DNA of 63,606 nucleotides, filler included, from Octopus bimaculoides (taxonomy: Eukaryota): the NCBI RefSeq assembly GCF_001194135.2. It is 7 parts of 7 records of this genome, joined end to end, with 100 filler letters (N's around TTAATTAATTAA, not from the genome) between each part and the next. Parts side by side here need not be neighbours in the genome. Positions count along the whole stretch, not along the records: positions 61,782 to 63,606 come from NW_026342942.1; 6 more parts are not named here. The stretch is one strand, 5' to 3'. Within the stretch, counting starts at the first letter, position 1. Each line of letters opens with the position of its first letter. The position numbers and the translations under genes were made by a program. The notes under the pieces were generated by a model that worked only from the letters and a program-made list of their open reading frames with translations, searched no databases and was not told where the DNA came from. Positions 62,635-63,606 of this stretch are shown here, in pieces.

Positions 62635-63168
62635 TAAAAGCTAAAAAAATTTTGCCAGATGCTTCATTTCGGCCACTATCTGGCATATACAGGTGCTTGC
62701 AATTATCAAGTATTACCTCTAAAATTTGCTATATATATATATATATATATATATATTCCATGAGGAGGTAGTTATAATAACTGAGCTTAATGTCGTGCCA
62801 TACAATATTTTGAAAGATAAAACAGTGCCGTGACTCTATCAAGAGTCGAAAATACTAGAAACTGGTATATATATATATATATATAAATATATTACATACA
62901 TACATACACACAGAGATGCGCGCGCGCGCGCACTCCATACATTACATACGTGTGTTTTTGTATACATACATTTGTAAGTGCATACATATATGCATATGCA
63001 TATACTGGAAAATCATATCGATATGAATGACAAAATTTGTTTGACTCTTGTATGTACATTCTATATAAAATATGTACGGAATAGGGAAAATGAACTTCAA
63101 AAAGAGAAAAACTTTACATATACTAAAAAAAACCCAGAATGAACTAAATTATTTAAAACAATACCCAC

Positions 63169-63169
<1 letters not shown>

Positions 63170-63209
<40 letters not shown>

Positions 63210-63210
63210 T
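63170..63210. repeat. (AAT)n microsatellite
   Basis: Direct inspection. Confidence 0.95.
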
Positions 63211-63573
63211 GATACTACTTTCTGTGTTTGACACTAATCGGCTTTTAATACTCGGTTATTTTTTTGCTAATTTTCGCCATCTTGTTGCTGGTATATTTTC
63301 ACAAACAAATAACACATCCACGTAACTGCACCCACCTCTCTCACATACAAACGCACATATTAACAGACACATATATGTATACACACAGATACATACGAGC
63401 ACGTATATACAGACACGTATAAATACACTACGTATATAACGTACAAATAATCATTTTCCCGTACACGTTTGATGGTTTTTCCATTTCCTAATTAATGATA
63501 GCCCCAAAAAATGATTTAACATATCTAATTGAATTTGATTGGTCTCTTTCGATATATGCACGAATATCTATCT

Positions 63574-63606
<33 letters not shown>

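Noticed and set aside
1571-63606. Dozens of ORFs rich in YI, HT, CV, RE or X
   Set aside because: They are translations of (TA)n, (CA)n, (GA)n and N runs, with no coding evidence.

Overview
Eukaryotic, AT-rich, gap-ridden (N) non-coding DNA saturated with microsatellites and decayed transposons. The SINE families and the repeat density resemble an octopus/coleoid cephalopod genome; this is an inference. No intact host gene can be supported, and nearly all long ORFs in the track are microsatellite or N-run artefacts. Recognisable by hand translation: several Penelope-like elements (RT and GIY-YIG), four R4/Dong-type non-LTR fragments, two CR1/L2-like LINE fragments, an internally deleted mariner, a hAT-Charlie-like MITE, a Helitron/PIF1 helicase fragment and more than 20 SINE copies. 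The most interesting signal is eight hammerhead-ribozyme-like motifs in four unrelated repeat families. They include a canonical-core pair (11183-11269, 33194-33280), a palindromic pair on opposite strands (26710-27003) and inverted pseudo-LTR copies flanking a Penelope element. There are also several perfect or near-perfect palindromes, one of them pre-miRNA-like. Six TTAATTAATTAA spacers inside 100-nt gaps suggest artificially joined contigs, so long-range adjacency is uncertain. Transposon boundaries are approximate and all alignments were done by eye.
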